Shown: piece after piece, positions 19,948-29,207 of the stretch | Numbering within the stretch: the stretch's first letter is position 1 | How the letters are laid out: each line of letters begins with the position of its first letter | Assembly (NCBI GenBank): GCA_944376795.1 | Contig: CALWDW010000006.1 | Span: forward strand, 2,632-66,631 | Source: an uncultured Christensenellaceae bacterium | GTDB lineage: Bacteria; Bacillota; Clostridia; Christensenellales; UMGS416 | Direction of reading: 5' to 3' | Length of the DNA stretch: 64,000 nt | The notes under the pieces: generated by a model | Database searches by the model: none | Told to the model about the DNA's origin: nothing | What the model saw: only the letters and a program-made list of their open reading frames with translations | Program-made: the position numbers and the translations under genes

Positions 19948-20315
19948 TCCTTATATTTCCTGCCTCGATTAGGAAAAATCGATCATAAAATTCCCTTATA
20001 TCTCGCATTTTTTCTTGTATAATCGCCATAATTCGACATATTTCGATATCGCAAGCCGCTGATTCTCTTCTTGATGAATAATGCATTTTGGGTTATGCAC
20101 TCCTGCGCTGCTAAGCGAAAACAAAGCTCACTGCTGTATCCTGTAGAATACCAACGGTTCGACAAAAGATCCCTTCTCTCCCCCAGAGCGCCGTCATGGC
20201 GCATCTCATAATTGGCTCCCTTGCCAGTCACAGGCAGGCAAAGCCCTCAAACCTCAGATTCCTCTCAACAGCAAAACGGGCCGTGCAAACATGCCCGGCC
20301 CGCCTTTCGCGGAAA

Positions 20316-20579
20316 CTATCGTTGGATCTTCTCCATGATTGCCAGAATTTCCTCGATCTTCTCATCCTCCCGTCCTGATTGAAACGCTTCCTTGACACAG
20401 CCTCGCAGATGCGCCCCTAAGACCTCCCGATTAGCCCGGCGAAGGATCGCTTCAGTGGCCATAATCTGGTTGCTGATATCCATACAGTAACGGTCTTCTT
20501 CCAGCATTTTCAAAAGTCCGTCCAGCTGACCCCGCGCCGTCTTAACTAGGCGGAGCACTGTTGCTTTATCCGCTTTCAT
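20316..20579 (-). CDS. csoR: CsoR-family metal-sensing transcriptional repressor
   Basis: Start at MKADKATVLRLVKTARGQLDGLLKMLEEDRYCMDISNQI. The C-H-C metal-ligand pattern is present (YC...H..C). It lies 1 nt downstream of the copA stop. Confidence 0.88.
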   Translation of the reverse strand: MKADKATVLRLVKTARGQLDGLLKMLEEDRYCMDISNQIMATEAILRRANREVLGAHLRGCVKEAFQSGREDEKIEEILAIMEKIQR

Positions 20580-20580
20580 G

Positions 20581-23148
20581 CTACTTACCAAAGAGCCCTT
20601 TCTTCTCTTCCACGGCGCCCGGCGTAAAGCCCGCATCCCGCACCGCTGCGGAAAGTGCCTCGTCAGTTACCTCCTGGGCAAGGGTAACCGTGGCATTCTT
20701 CTTTTTTAGGTCAACCTTAGCGGCCGATACACCCTCCACAGCGCACAGGGCCTTTTCCACGGTTGCCTGGCAGTGGGCACAATGCATACCTTCAACAGCA
20801 ATTACCTTTTTCATCGTCTCATCGTCTCCTTTTTCTATAACGGGAGGCATGCCTCCCGCATCGATGGTGTTTGTTTCCGCCCTATGAAAGCGGGGCCGGA
20901 AAAATCGAAGTCTGAGAGCATTGGACACCACACAGACCGAACTCATGCTCATGGCCGCTGCACCAAACATCGGATTGAGCTGCCATCCCAGAGCGGCATA
21001 GAACACACCTGCAGCCAAGGGAATTCCAATGCAATTGTAGAAGAACGCCCAGAATAGGTTCATTTTAATGTTGGCAATGACAGCGTGGCTGAGCTGAATT
21101 GCCTTCACCACATCCATAAGGTCATTCTTCATGAGGACAATATCAGCGGATTCAATCGCAATATCGGTGCCGGCCCCAATGGCAATGCCCACGTCCGCCC
21201 TGGCCAGCGCCGGCGCGTCATTGATCCCGTCGCCCACCATAGCCACCCGTGCGCCCCCCTCCTGGAGCCGCCGGATCTCCCGCTCTTTATCCTGGGGCAA
21301 TACCTCGGCCACCACGTTTTGGATCCCAAGCTCGCGGCGAATGGCCTCAGCGGTCCGGGCGTTATCCCCCGTCAGCATCACCACGTCAATACCCATCGCT
21401 TCCAGTTCGCCAATGGCGGCTTTGCTGGTGGGCTTGACAACATCGGCCACGGCGATCATGCCCAGGATTGCCTCCTGGTTTGCGAAGTACAGGGGAGTCT
21501 TTCCCTGGTCAGCCAAGCGAAGCCCTGCCTCCTCCCATGCTTGCAAGGGTATCCCTCTCTCCTGCATCATGGCCAGGTTGCCCGCGGCATACGCCTTGCC
21601 TTCCACCGTGCCTAGAATACCCCGCCCAGGAACCGCCTGAAACTCCAGGGCCTCGGCGTCTGCAAGCCCCCGCTCCTTGGCGTAGGCCAGAATAGCCTCA
21701 GCCAATGGGTGCTCCGAAGGTCTCTCCAGCGCAGCCGCTAGAGACACGAGAACATCCTCCGATACACCTGGGGCGCAGAGAACATCCGTCACCACCGGAC
21801 GCCCCTGGGTAATGGTCCCCGTCTTATCCAGGACTACGGTACGGACCTTATGCGCAATCTCCAGCGCCTCCGCAGACTTGACCAGAATTCCCGCCTCGGC
21901 GCCCTTCCCAGTGCCCACCATGATAGCCACCGGCGTGGCCAGGCCCAGCGCACATGGGCAGGAAATGACCAGCACTGCAATACCGATAGAAAGCGCAAAC
22001 TCGAAGGTCTGCCCCACCAACAGCCAAACAACCGTTGCCACGAGGGAAATAGCGATAACCACCGGCACGAAGATACCGCTGATGGTATCTGCCAACTTGG
22101 CAATGGGAGCTTTAGAATTTCCCGCCTCCTCCACCAGTTGAATGATCTGCGCCAAGGTAGTATCATCCCCCACCTTCTGGGCTCGCATGGTGATAAACCC
22201 CGCCTTATTAATGGTAGCGCCAATGACGGCATCTCCCGGCCCCTTTTCCACCGGGATTCCCTCTCCGGTCAGCGCCGATTCATCCACCGAGGTCATGCCC
22301 TCCAGTACGACGCCGTCCACCGGAATGGCGCCGCCTGGACGCACCCGCAGCGCATCCCCGACCTGCACCTGAGCGATGGGGATCTCCATCTCCACACCGT
22401 CCCGCAGAACGGTGGCCGTCTTCGGCGAAAGGTCCATCAGCTTGGCAATGGCCTCAGAGGTCCGGCCTTTGGAGCGCGTCTCCAGATACTTACCTAGGGT
22501 AATCAAAGTCAGAATCATAGCCGCCGACTCAAAGTACAGATCCATGCTGTACCGCTCCACCCGCTCCCAATCGCCGTGGCCCTGTCCATACCCAATCTGA
22601 TAGATGGCAAAGATTCCATACAGTACCGCAGCCGCCGAACCGAGGGCGATCAGCGAATCCATATTGGGCGCCCCCTTGGCCAAGGTAGAAAATCCTGTGA
22701 TATAGTATTTCCGATTCACGTACAAGACTGGCAGCGTCAGCAACAGCTGGGTAAAGGCGAAGAGCAGCGCATTCTCTCGGCCTAGAAAGAAAGATGGAAT
22801 CGGATAGTGGAACATATGATGCATGGAGAGATACATCAACGGAACCAGCATTACCGCCGAAAAAAACAAGCGAAACCGCATTTCTCCCATGGCATCCTGC
22901 ACGGACGGCGTTTGCGTTACCGGAGCCGCGCCTTGCTTTGCGTGCACCTGTGCGCCATAGCCAGCGCCCACCACGGCCTGGATGATCGCCTCATCCCCGG
23001 TGGCGGCGTCATCGTATTCCACCACCATACTGTTGCTTAGTAGGTTGACCTGCACAGCCTCCACGCCCGGCACCTTTTCCACATCCCTCTGAACATGGGC
23101 CGAGCAAGCCGAGCAGGTCATGCCCGTGACATCAAATTTCTGTTTCAT
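20581..23148 (-). CDS. copA: copper-translocating P1B-type ATPase with an N-terminal and an extra C-terminal HMA domain
   Basis: N-terminal [11 protein letters not shown], transmembrane [10 protein letters not shown], the phosphorylation site [15 protein letters not shown], and a C-terminal [23 protein letters not shown] domain. ATG at 23148 follows AGGAG. Confidence 0.95.
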   Translation of the reverse strand: MKQKFDVTGMTCSACSAHVQRDVEKVPGVEAVQVNLLSNSMVVEYDDAATGDEAIIQAVVGAGYGAQVHAKQGAAPVTQTPSVQDAMGEMRFRLFFSAVMLVPLMYLSMHHMFHYPIPSFFLGRENALLFAFTQLLLTLPVLYVNRKYYITGFSTLAKGAPNMDSLIALGSAAAVLYGIFAIYQIGYGQGHGDWERVERYSMDLYFESAAMILTLITLGKYLETRSKGRTSEAIAKLMDLSPKTATVLRDGVEMEIPIAQVQVGDALRVRPGGAIPVDGVVLEGMTSVDESALTGEGIPVEKGPGDAVIGATINKAGFITMRAQKVGDDTTLAQIIQLVEEAGNSKAPIAKLADTISGIFVPVVIAISLVATVVWLLVGQTFEFALSIGIAVLVISCPCALGLATPVAIMVGTGKGAEAGILVKSAEALEIAHKVRTVVLDKTGTITQGRPVVTDVLCAPGVSEDVLVSLAAALERPSEHPLAEAILAYAKERGLADAEALEFQAVPGRGILGTVEGKAYAAGNLAMMQERGIPLQAWEEAGLRLADQGKTPLYFANQEAILGMIAVADVVKPTSKAAIGELEAMGIDVVMLTGDNARTAEAIRRELGIQNVVAEVLPQDKEREIRRLQEGGARVAMVGDGINDAPALARADVGIAIGAGTDIAIESADIVLMKNDLMDVVKAIQLSHAVIANIKMNLFWAFFYNCIGIPLAAGVFYAALGWQLNPMFGAAAMSMSSVCVVSNALRLRFFRPRFHRAETNTIDAGGMPPVIEKGDDETMKKVIAVEGMHCAHCQATVEKALCAVEGVSAAKVDLKKKNATVTLAQEVTDEALSAAVRDAGFTPGAVEEKKGLFGK

Positions 23149-23160
23149 CTCACCACTCCT

Positions 23161-23182
23161 ACACCCCACCCCCGTGGGGTGT
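23161..23182 (-). promoter_or_regulatory. CsoR-type operator (GC-rich palindrome)
   Basis: acaccccac-cccc-gtggggtgt is a perfect 9-bp inverted repeat around a C4 centre. It sits between the -10 element and the copA RBS. It resembles published CsoR operators of the CCCACCCCC..GTGGGGTGGG type. Confidence 0.7.
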
Positions 23183-23186
23183 TATC

Positions 23187-23215
23187 AGTATAGCAAAAGC
23201 CACCTCCTTTGTCAA
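23187..23215 (-). promoter_or_regulatory. sigma-70-type promoter of copA-csoR
   Basis: On the minus strand this reads TTGACA (23215-23210), a 17-nt spacer, then TATACT (23192-23187). Confidence 0.72.
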
Positions 23216-23241
23216 CCCCCTTTTCCTGTCTGCCCGAATCT

Positions 23242-24030
23242 CTAGCGCCGCAGATCGATGCTGTCCAGCACCGTCAGTCCAAGCCCGCGGAGATAGTCCC
23301 GGGCCTCCTGCCAGGCGACATCCTGAAGGAGCAGGTCTTCCGGATCGTGTGCATCCACTCCCACAATGGCCTGGCAGCCCTCCTGGGCCGCAATCTCCCA
23401 AAATGCATGGTGCGGGTAGCACTCCTTACCGGACAACTGGTTATAGCGGACACCCAAGAGGTTGTATTCCAGCGGCATTCCCAGCTCCGCAGCCCGACGG
23501 CACACAGTACGGAACGCGGCCTCGCAATGTTCGTCATAGGCCGGGTATCCGCGCATAAATACCTCCGGGTGGGCCATATACGCGAACAACCCACTCTCCA
23601 TGCCTCCCAGCGCGCTCTCCAGGAACTTGGCAAAGCCGTCATTTCTCTGGATAATCTGCCCCATGTACCGTTCGTTGCCCTCGGTTTTGTAGTAATGATT
23701 GCCAAAGATCACATAGTCCAGCGCAGCTTCGTCAATCAGTCGCCGCAGCCAATCCATATACGCCGGGAAATATTCGCATTCCAGCCCGATGCGGATGGAA
23801 ATCTGTCCGGCGTACTTCTCCCGCAGACCGCGCAGTTCTTGAACATAGCGGGGGAAATCCTCCGCCGTCATGCGCATATCCGGCACTCCTAAGGCCTCCT
23901 GCGGCCACGGACAGTGGTCAGAGAATCCCAGCGCATCGTATCCGGCCTGGATGGCCTTTTGCACATACGCTTCGGCGTTTCCCACGGCATGCGGACAGTA
24001 ATCGGTGTGAGTATGATAATTTGCTTTCAT
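23242..24030 (-). CDS. PHP-domain histidinol-phosphatase family protein (HisJ-like)
   Basis: Start at MKANYHTHTDYCPHA (ATG 24030, GGGAGGGG RBS). Motifs are FSDHCPW, GLECEY and GVDAHDP. The 551-aa track ORF is an artefactual 5' extension. Confidence 0.82.
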   Translation of the reverse strand: MKANYHTHTDYCPHAVGNAEAYVQKAIQAGYDALGFSDHCPWPQEALGVPDMRMTAEDFPRYVQELRGLREKYAGQISIRIGLECEYFPAYMDWLRRLIDEAALDYVIFGNHYYKTEGNERYMGQIIQRNDGFAKFLESALGGMESGLFAYMAHPEVFMRGYPAYDEHCEAAFRTVCRRAAELGMPLEYNLLGVRYNQLSGKECYPHHAFWEIAAQEGCQAIVGVDAHDPEDLLLQDVAWQEARDYLRGLGLTVLDSIDLRR

Positions 24031-24261
24031 TGCTTTGCCCCTCCCTCTTCTGCATGATACACCCCCTGTCCGCTCTGTCAACTGGCCAAACCCAACTTTT
24101 TTCCGGCCCCCGCATTCCCTCGGGAAACCCAGCACGCAATATCGGGTAATAGACGGCGATTTTCGGGTAACTGTCATTTGTCCTTGCAAAGCAATCCAAA
24201 GGGTTGTAAAATAAAGCCATGCAAAACAAAGGGAACGGTTCCCAGGAAAGGAAGTTGAACT

Positions 24262-24726
24262 ATGTCGTACTCTACGTCTCTCGCCCGAGCCATTTCTAAG
24301 TATCTGGATTCTCAGGATTGGCACTACGACTTCAATGCGGAGAAAGGGTTCTTCAAGCTGGGGATGAACATCAGCTGTAAGCTGAAGACCTGCCAGGTTT
24401 TCATCACCGTGCGGGATAATGGCTTCAGCTCCATCGCCATCTCTCCCCTCAACGCCGACTCCGACACCCAGGCCGAGGTGACAGAGTTCATCACGCGGCT
24501 GAACTTTTCGCTGCGGGACGGCGCCTTCAAGACCGACTACAGTGACGGAGAGGTCCGTTACGTCAACAGCCTGTACTGCGGCGACAGCATTCCCTCCATG
24601 GATGTCATCGAACGCACCGTAGATCTGCCCTTCATGATGCTGCGCACCTACGGCGATGAGCTGGCATCGGTCATCATGGGATTCTCCACAGGTAAAGCCG
24701 CTGCCGCCAAGGCCTTGGCCGACTAA
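24262..24726 (+). CDS. YbjN-domain protein (putative chaperone/sensory-transduction-regulator-like)
   Basis: 154 aa. The LDSQDWHYDFNAEKGFFKLGMN... pattern is typical of the YbjN/T3SS-chaperone-like fold. The call is by resemblance only. Confidence 0.5.
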   Translation: MSYSTSLARAISKYLDSQDWHYDFNAEKGFFKLGMNISCKLKTCQVFITVRDNGFSSIAISPLNADSDTQAEVTEFITRLNFSLRDGAFKTDYSDGEVRYVNSLYCGDSIPSMDVIERTVDLPFMMLRTYGDELASVIMGFSTGKAAAAKALAD

Positions 24727-24786
24727 CCCTGTCCATCTCGCCGCCAGATGTTCCTCCTGGCGGCGATCTTTTTTAGGAGGCGCTTC

Positions 24787-25737
24787 ATGATCGTAAGTGC
24801 CAGCCGGCGTACCGATATTCCCGCTTTCTATGCGCCTTGGCTCATGGGTCGTTTGCAGGAAGGCTTTGCGTTGGTCAAAAACCCCATGGTTAGCCATCGA
24901 TTCAGCCGTGTGTCCCTTGATCCCCGCTGCGTGGACGCCATCGTATTCTGGACCAAAAACGCATCGCCCATGATGGATGTGCTGGACGACATCACCAGCA
25001 TGGGCTATATGTATTATTTCCAGTACACCCTGACGCCCTACGATACCGACGTAGAACGATACCTCCCTCCCAAGGCGACACTGGTGGATAATTTCCGCGC
25101 ACTAAGCACTAAGCTAGGCCCCCATCGGGTCGTCTGGCGCTACGACCCCATCATAGGTCCCCCATATTTCTCCACAAATTATCACGTTGAAGCCTTCGGC
25201 AAGCTCTGCGAAGCACTGGCCGGTTATACCGATACCTGCGTCATCAGCTTCATGGATGCCTATGCCCGGCTGCGCCGCCAGCCGCGTCTGGCGGCCAGCG
25301 TCCCCGGACCGGATTCCATACGCGCCCTGTGCGCTGCACTGGCTCCCATTGCCGCCGCCTACCAGCTTCCCCTGGCCGCGTGTGCGGAGGCAATGGATCT
25401 CCGGGAATATGGCATTCAGCCCTCCTCCTGCATTGATCCCCTGCGAATCAGCCGTCTTTTGGGCGTTCCGCTGAAAGCCCGCACCGACGCCAACCAGCGC
25501 GGCGCATGCCGCTGCGCGGAAAGTGTGGATATCGGGGCCTACGATACCTGTGCGCACGGCTGCACATACTGCTACGCCACCCGCAGCAGCCGTTCCCCGG
25601 AGGAAAGGCTGGCGTCCCACGATCCGGCCCTGCCCTGTCTGGCCGGTCCCCTGGGGCCGGAGGACGTAGTCACCCTGCGGGAGATGCCTTCCCTGCGGGA
25701 AGAACAGGTCTCCTTTTTCCCTAGCTCTTCAGCTTGA
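24787..25737 (+). CDS. DUF1848 domain protein (Fe-S/radical-SAM-like, SplB-related)
   Basis: Start at MIVSASRRTDIPAFYAPW after AGGAGG. The C-terminal cysteine cluster is CRCAESVDIGAYDTCAHGCTYCYA. Confidence 0.7.
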   Translation: MIVSASRRTDIPAFYAPWLMGRLQEGFALVKNPMVSHRFSRVSLDPRCVDAIVFWTKNASPMMDVLDDITSMGYMYYFQYTLTPYDTDVERYLPPKATLVDNFRALSTKLGPHRVVWRYDPIIGPPYFSTNYHVEAFGKLCEALAGYTDTCVISFMDAYARLRRQPRLAASVPGPDSIRALCAALAPIAAAYQLPLAACAEAMDLREYGIQPSSCIDPLRISRLLGVPLKARTDANQRGACRCAESVDIGAYDTCAHGCTYCYATRSSRSPEERLASHDPALPCLAGPLGPEDVVTLREMPSLREEQVSFFPSSSA

Positions 25738-26152
25738 ATACGATAACCCCGGCAATCATCATCGCCAGCCCCAAGTATTTGCTCCAGTGAAAGGCCGTCC
25801 TCTCCGTGCCAAGCAAGCCCAAGGCATCAATGAGCGCCGCCACAAGCAGCTGCGCAATCAAAATGATGGAAATGGCAACGGTAGGGCTCAGATTCTTGAT
25901 GGAAAGCATCACGGTAAGCGTAATGACAATCCCCAAGAGTCCGCCAAGAAGGTAAAGCTTGTTTACCTCTCCCAGCGCCTTCCAGTTTCCCTTTCCCAGC
26001 GCCAGCATTACCGCCACTGAGAGCAGGAAAGCCGTCCCTTGGACAAATACATTGGATTCGTAGAGCCCGATCTTTTCTCCCAAGCGGGTATTCATGACCC
26101 CTTGGACGCTCATAGCGGCCCCTGCGATCACACTCATGATTACGCCCAGCAT
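25721..26152 (-). CDS. DMT-superfamily small membrane transporter (YdcZ/DUF606-like)
   Basis: About 143 aa with 4-5 hydrophobic helices. It starts MLGVIMSVIAGAAMSVQGVMN, 6 nt after GGAGGTG. Its 3' end overlaps the convergent DUF1848 gene by 17 nt. Confidence 0.6.
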   Translation of the reverse strand: MLGVIMSVIAGAAMSVQGVMNTRLGEKIGLYESNVFVQGTAFLLSVAVMLALGKGNWKALGEVNKLYLLGGLLGIVITLTVMLSIKNLSPTVAISIILIAQLLVAALIDALGLLGTERTAFHWSKYLGLAMMIAGVIVFKLKS

Positions 26153-26261
26153 GCGCATCACCTCCGGGAATAGTATGCCTGGCATTTCATTCCATCATAC
26201 CCTGGCGCCCCGAAAAACCCCGGCCGCCATCCGATTCCAAACGACAGAAAGAGGTATTACC

Positions 26262-26765
26262 ATGCAAGTTATGGAAGCCATTCAATCCCGCCGGAGCATT
26301 CGCAAGTATGCCCCCTCCCCCGTTGAGCCCGAAAAGCTCGCCCGTATCGCAGAAGCTTTTCGTCTGGCTCCCTCCGCGCGAAACCTGCAAAACTGGAAGC
26401 TCCTGATCATCCAGACCCCTGAAATCCGAGAACGGGTGCGGTCCTGCTGCAAGAGTGCCCCCACTTTTCTTCAGGAAGCCCCTGTCATCCTTGTTGCCTG
26501 CGACAGCAGCCAGGCGCTTATGCCCTGCGGCCACCGGGTGGACAGCGTTGACCTCTCCATCGCCATGTCCTTCGCCATGCTGGAGGCTCAGGAGCTGGGC
26601 CTTGGCACCTGCTGGATGGGCTCCTTCCTGGAGGAACCCCTGCGGCAGGCTCTCCAGCTGCCCGAAGGAACCAGCATTGCCGCCATTACGCCGCTGGGAT
26701 ACCCGGCAGAGTCTCCCGATCCGCGCCCCCGCAAGCCTGCGGAGGAAGTCGTCGCCTATCTGTAA
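26262..26765 (+). CDS. nitroreductase family protein
   Basis: Start at MQVMEAIQSRRSIRKY (RRSxRxF/Y FMN-binding signature). APSARNLQNWK is also present. About 167 aa. Confidence 0.85.
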   Translation: MQVMEAIQSRRSIRKYAPSPVEPEKLARIAEAFRLAPSARNLQNWKLLIIQTPEIRERVRSCCKSAPTFLQEAPVILVACDSSQALMPCGHRVDSVDLSIAMSFAMLEAQELGLGTCWMGSFLEEPLRQALQLPEGTSIAAITPLGYPAESPDPRPRKPAEEVVAYL

Positions 26766-26846
26766 ATTCAAGCCGGCCTGGCCGATGAACAATACAGCAC
26801 TTAAAAAGAGGCTGTTTGACTTGCGAAAAACTCTTCTCTGAAGCAA

Positions 26847-26882
26847 AGACGTGGAATCCCTTACGATTCCACGTCTTTTTTT
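26847..26882 (+). terminator. rho-independent terminator after the nitroreductase gene
   Basis: 12-bp stem agacgtggaatc / gattccacgtct followed by ttttttt. Confidence 0.85.
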
Positions 26883-27179
26883 GAAACCCTTTAAATAGGC
26901 AGTGGGAATAAGCCATCTTCGTCCTCCTCAGAGGACGAAATTCCCTATCACGTCCAAAGTACAGGAAAGGCGTCCAACGGCCTCGTGGAACGCTTGTCCC
27001 CTCGACTGAGGATTCTACGATGTGGTTGCACCACGCCGCGGAAAACTGCACATTTGTGCATATTGCCTCTTGCGCCACTGGCCATGCCGCTGAATAGGAT
27101 TTCTCAGGGAGAACACCTTCAAAGTACACCGGCGCCCCAGGAAGCTATATGCTCCCACCGTCGGCTCGTTTTACACCCC

Positions 27180-27725
27180 TCACTCTACCGTTGGCGCACG
27201 CTGAACCCGCGGATCGGTAAAGATATCATATTCATCATAACTCGTGGTGGAAAACTCCGAGATCACGGCGCCCTCCGGTCCGGCCTGGAACCAATGGGGC
27301 GTATTGGGAAGAATGGTATACTGCTCTCCCGGGCGCAGCACCACCTGATGCCATACGGTATACCACGCCTCATCTCCCTCCGGCGGGCGGCAGGCGGGAT
27401 CCTTTTCCGGCTCCCCGGCCACATAAAGGGTACATTGGCCATACCGGCAACGAAAGGTCTCCTCCTTGCCCGTATAGCCACGCGCAGGCAGAGGGGCATG
27501 GCAATGTTCCGGACAGGTCTGCCCCGGCAGCATCGCCATCTCCTTGGCACAGCACCGGCTGGTATTGATGTAGGTAATGAGCATCAGCCCTGTCCGCTCG
27601 AAATCATTCAAGCCAAAGTCCGCCACCTCTACGTTGTCCTTTTCCTCGCTGGTCAGTGCAATGTGGGCCGCCTGGAACAGGGCCAAAGCCCGCTCACGAG
27701 CGCGCAGATATATTTCTTTCTTCAT
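27180..27725 (-). CDS. D-lyxose/D-mannose ketol-isomerase family cupin
   Basis: 181 aa. EVADFGLNDFERTGL, AKEMAMLPGQTCPEHCH and GKEETFRCRYG are characteristic of the YdaE-type D-lyxose isomerase family. Confidence 0.75.
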   Translation of the reverse strand: MKKEIYLRARERALALFQAAHIALTSEEKDNVEVADFGLNDFERTGLMLITYINTSRCCAKEMAMLPGQTCPEHCHAPLPARGYTGKEETFRCRYGQCTLYVAGEPEKDPACRPPEGDEAWYTVWHQVVLRPGEQYTILPNTPHWFQAGPEGAVISEFSTTSYDEYDIFTDPRVQRAPTVE

Positions 27726-27871
27726 CGGCTACCTCTTTCTGCCGGGGGATCGCCCCGCTATGGATGGGATGTAGGATATCATAGTATATTTTGCCGTGTT
27801 TGTAAATCCGATTGCAAAAAACTTTCCTTATACTATAATAAAAGGAAATCTACCCAATCCCACATAAAGCA

Positions 27872-28093
27872 GTGAGGCACAATCAGGCCGAAGAGGGACC
27901 CGGATGGGTGCTGCACCTGGTCAATCCCAGCCCTGCCCCGGTGGTGGCACAGCTGGAATTCTTCCGTCCCCTGCATTCTGCCAGCTTTGTGACCTTCACG
28001 GAAGCCCCTCTGGACGCGCTGCCGGCCGACGGCTGCACCGTATGCGCAAAGCTCCCCCCCTACAGCCTACGCGCTGTGCGCGTGGAGCTATAA
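27872..28093 (+). pseudogene. 3'-terminal remnant of a glycoside hydrolase (GH38 alpha-mannosidase-like C-terminus)
   Basis: Only about 70 codons survive. EEGPGWVLHLVNPSPAPVVAQLEFF...LPPYSLRAVRVEL resembles the extreme C-terminal beta-sandwich of large GH38-type enzymes. No upstream coding sequence is present, and the divergent gene's promoter region begins about 145 nt away. Confidence 0.5.
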
Positions 28094-28445
28094 GACTTTC
28101 TTCCCTCCCGGGTCTCTGCCGCAAACGTGCAGAGGTATGGCTTCTCCCCGACCGGGCAATGCAAGGACGGAAAGCCTTGAAAAACCACACAAACTAAGCG
28201 CCCCGATTTCTCCGGCCAAGAGAGGGATCGGGGGGCCTTTTTCCGATCGGAGCGGGAACACTATCTGGTTTGGCACGCCTCCTGCAGCCGCGGAAGCAAA
28301 ATTCCATCAGTCCGGTTCTGCCGCAACCGACAGTCGATTTACAGTCTGCCATTTTCTTCCGTATGAAATGTATTCCCTAATCGCAATCTCCATCCTTATA
28401 ATAAAACATGGAAAAATCTATCAATTCATGATAGGAGGAATCAAT

Positions 28446-29072
28446 GTGAAGAAAATGTATGGTTACGCAAGGGTATCGGCCAAGGACCAATGTGAAGCCC
28501 GCCAGTTCCATGCGCTGCAGGAATTCGGCGTACCGGAACACACCATCTACCTTGACAAGTGCAGCGGAAAGGACTTCCAGCGTCCCCAGTATCTCCGGCT
28601 GCTCCAAAACCTTCAGCCCGGCGATGTACTGGTGGTCAAGTCCATCGACCGGCTTGGACGGAACTATGCCGAAATCCAAGAACAGTGGCGCATAATCACC
28701 AAAGTCAAAAAGGCCGACATCGTAGTGCTGGATATGCCGCTGCTGGACACCCGGCAAAAGTCCTCCGATCTGACGGGAACATTCATCGCGGACCTGGTGC
28801 TGCAAATTCTGTGCTACGTAGCCCATGTGGAGCGGGAAAACATCAAGCAGCGACAGGCCGAAGGCATTGCTGCGGCCAAGGCGCGTGGTGTGAAATTCGG
28901 CAGAAAAAAGATGCCCATCCCCGATGATTTTTACGCTCTTTGGGAAAAATACCAAAAAAAACAAATAACCGCGCGATCCGCAGCAAAAGAATTGAATATT
29001 GCCCACAGCACTTTCCTCAAATGGGGGAAGTCTACCGACGACTACCACAATATTTTGGGGTTTTCAATGTAG
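28446..29072 (+). CDS. small serine recombinase (resolvase/invertase family, Hin/Gin-like domain order)
   Basis: The N-terminal catalytic motif is MYGYARVSAKDQ (Y-x-R-V-S). VVKSIDRLGRN is present, as is a C-terminal HTH (ITARSAAKELNIAHSTFLKW). The likely start is GTG 28446, 7 nt after AGGAGG; the alternative is ATG 28455. About 208 aa. Confidence 0.88.
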   Translation: MKKMYGYARVSAKDQCEARQFHALQEFGVPEHTIYLDKCSGKDFQRPQYLRLLQNLQPGDVLVVKSIDRLGRNYAEIQEQWRIITKVKKADIVVLDMPLLDTRQKSSDLTGTFIADLVLQILCYVAHVERENIKQRQAEGIAAAKARGVKFGRKKMPIPDDFYALWEKYQKKQITARSAAKELNIAHSTFLKWGKSTDDYHNILGFSM

Positions 29073-29082
29073 ACTTTTGAAA
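29064..29082. repeat. left inverted repeat (IR-L) of the candidate invertible segment
   Basis: Sequence is tcAATGTAGACTTttgaaa. The core AATGTAGACTT occupies 29066-29076 and contains the recombinase stop codon TAG (29070-29072). The site has its own dyad, TTTCAA-N9-TTGAAA. Confidence 0.6.
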
Positions 29083-29098
29083 TCAACTGTGATAGAAT
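29070..29098 (+). promoter_or_regulatory. promoter-like element P1, currently facing the pilus operon
   Basis: TAGACT (29070-29075, inside the IR-L core), a 17-nt spacer, then an extended -10, TGaTAGAAT (29090-29098). Confidence 0.4.
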
Positions 29099-29130
29099 GT
29101 AAATATCATAATGTGTTTATTGTAGGTCCC

Positions 29131-29159
29131 ATTCTAAGCGCACAAAACATAAGGGTCAA
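29131..29159 (-). promoter_or_regulatory. promoter-like element P2 inside the segment, currently facing the recombinase gene
   Basis: On the minus strand this reads TTGACC (29159-29154), a 17-nt spacer, then TAGAAT (29136-29131). Confidence 0.55.
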
Positions 29160-29207
29160 ACGATTAACATTTTCCTATTAGTTGAATCATATGTGTAAGC
29201 AAGATGG

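Noticed and set aside
23242-24897. A 551-aa ORF that would make a very large protein ending in the PHP phosphatase.
   Set aside because: Only the last 262 codons, from MKANYHTHT, carry PHP motifs and a strong RBS. The upstream part is antisense to the well-supported YbjN-like and DUF1848 genes.
26883-27179. A possible riboswitch or small RNA between the nitroreductase and lyxose isomerase genes. The cues were nested hairpins (gggaat..ttcgtcctc/gaggacgaa..attccc) and a GCCACTGG string reminiscent of the cobalamin B12 box.
   Set aside because: No downstream gene lies in the right orientation to be regulated. Other cobalamin-riboswitch core elements are not seen. It is more likely 3'-UTR structure or a decayed sequence, and it is kept only as a low-priority target for an Rfam scan.
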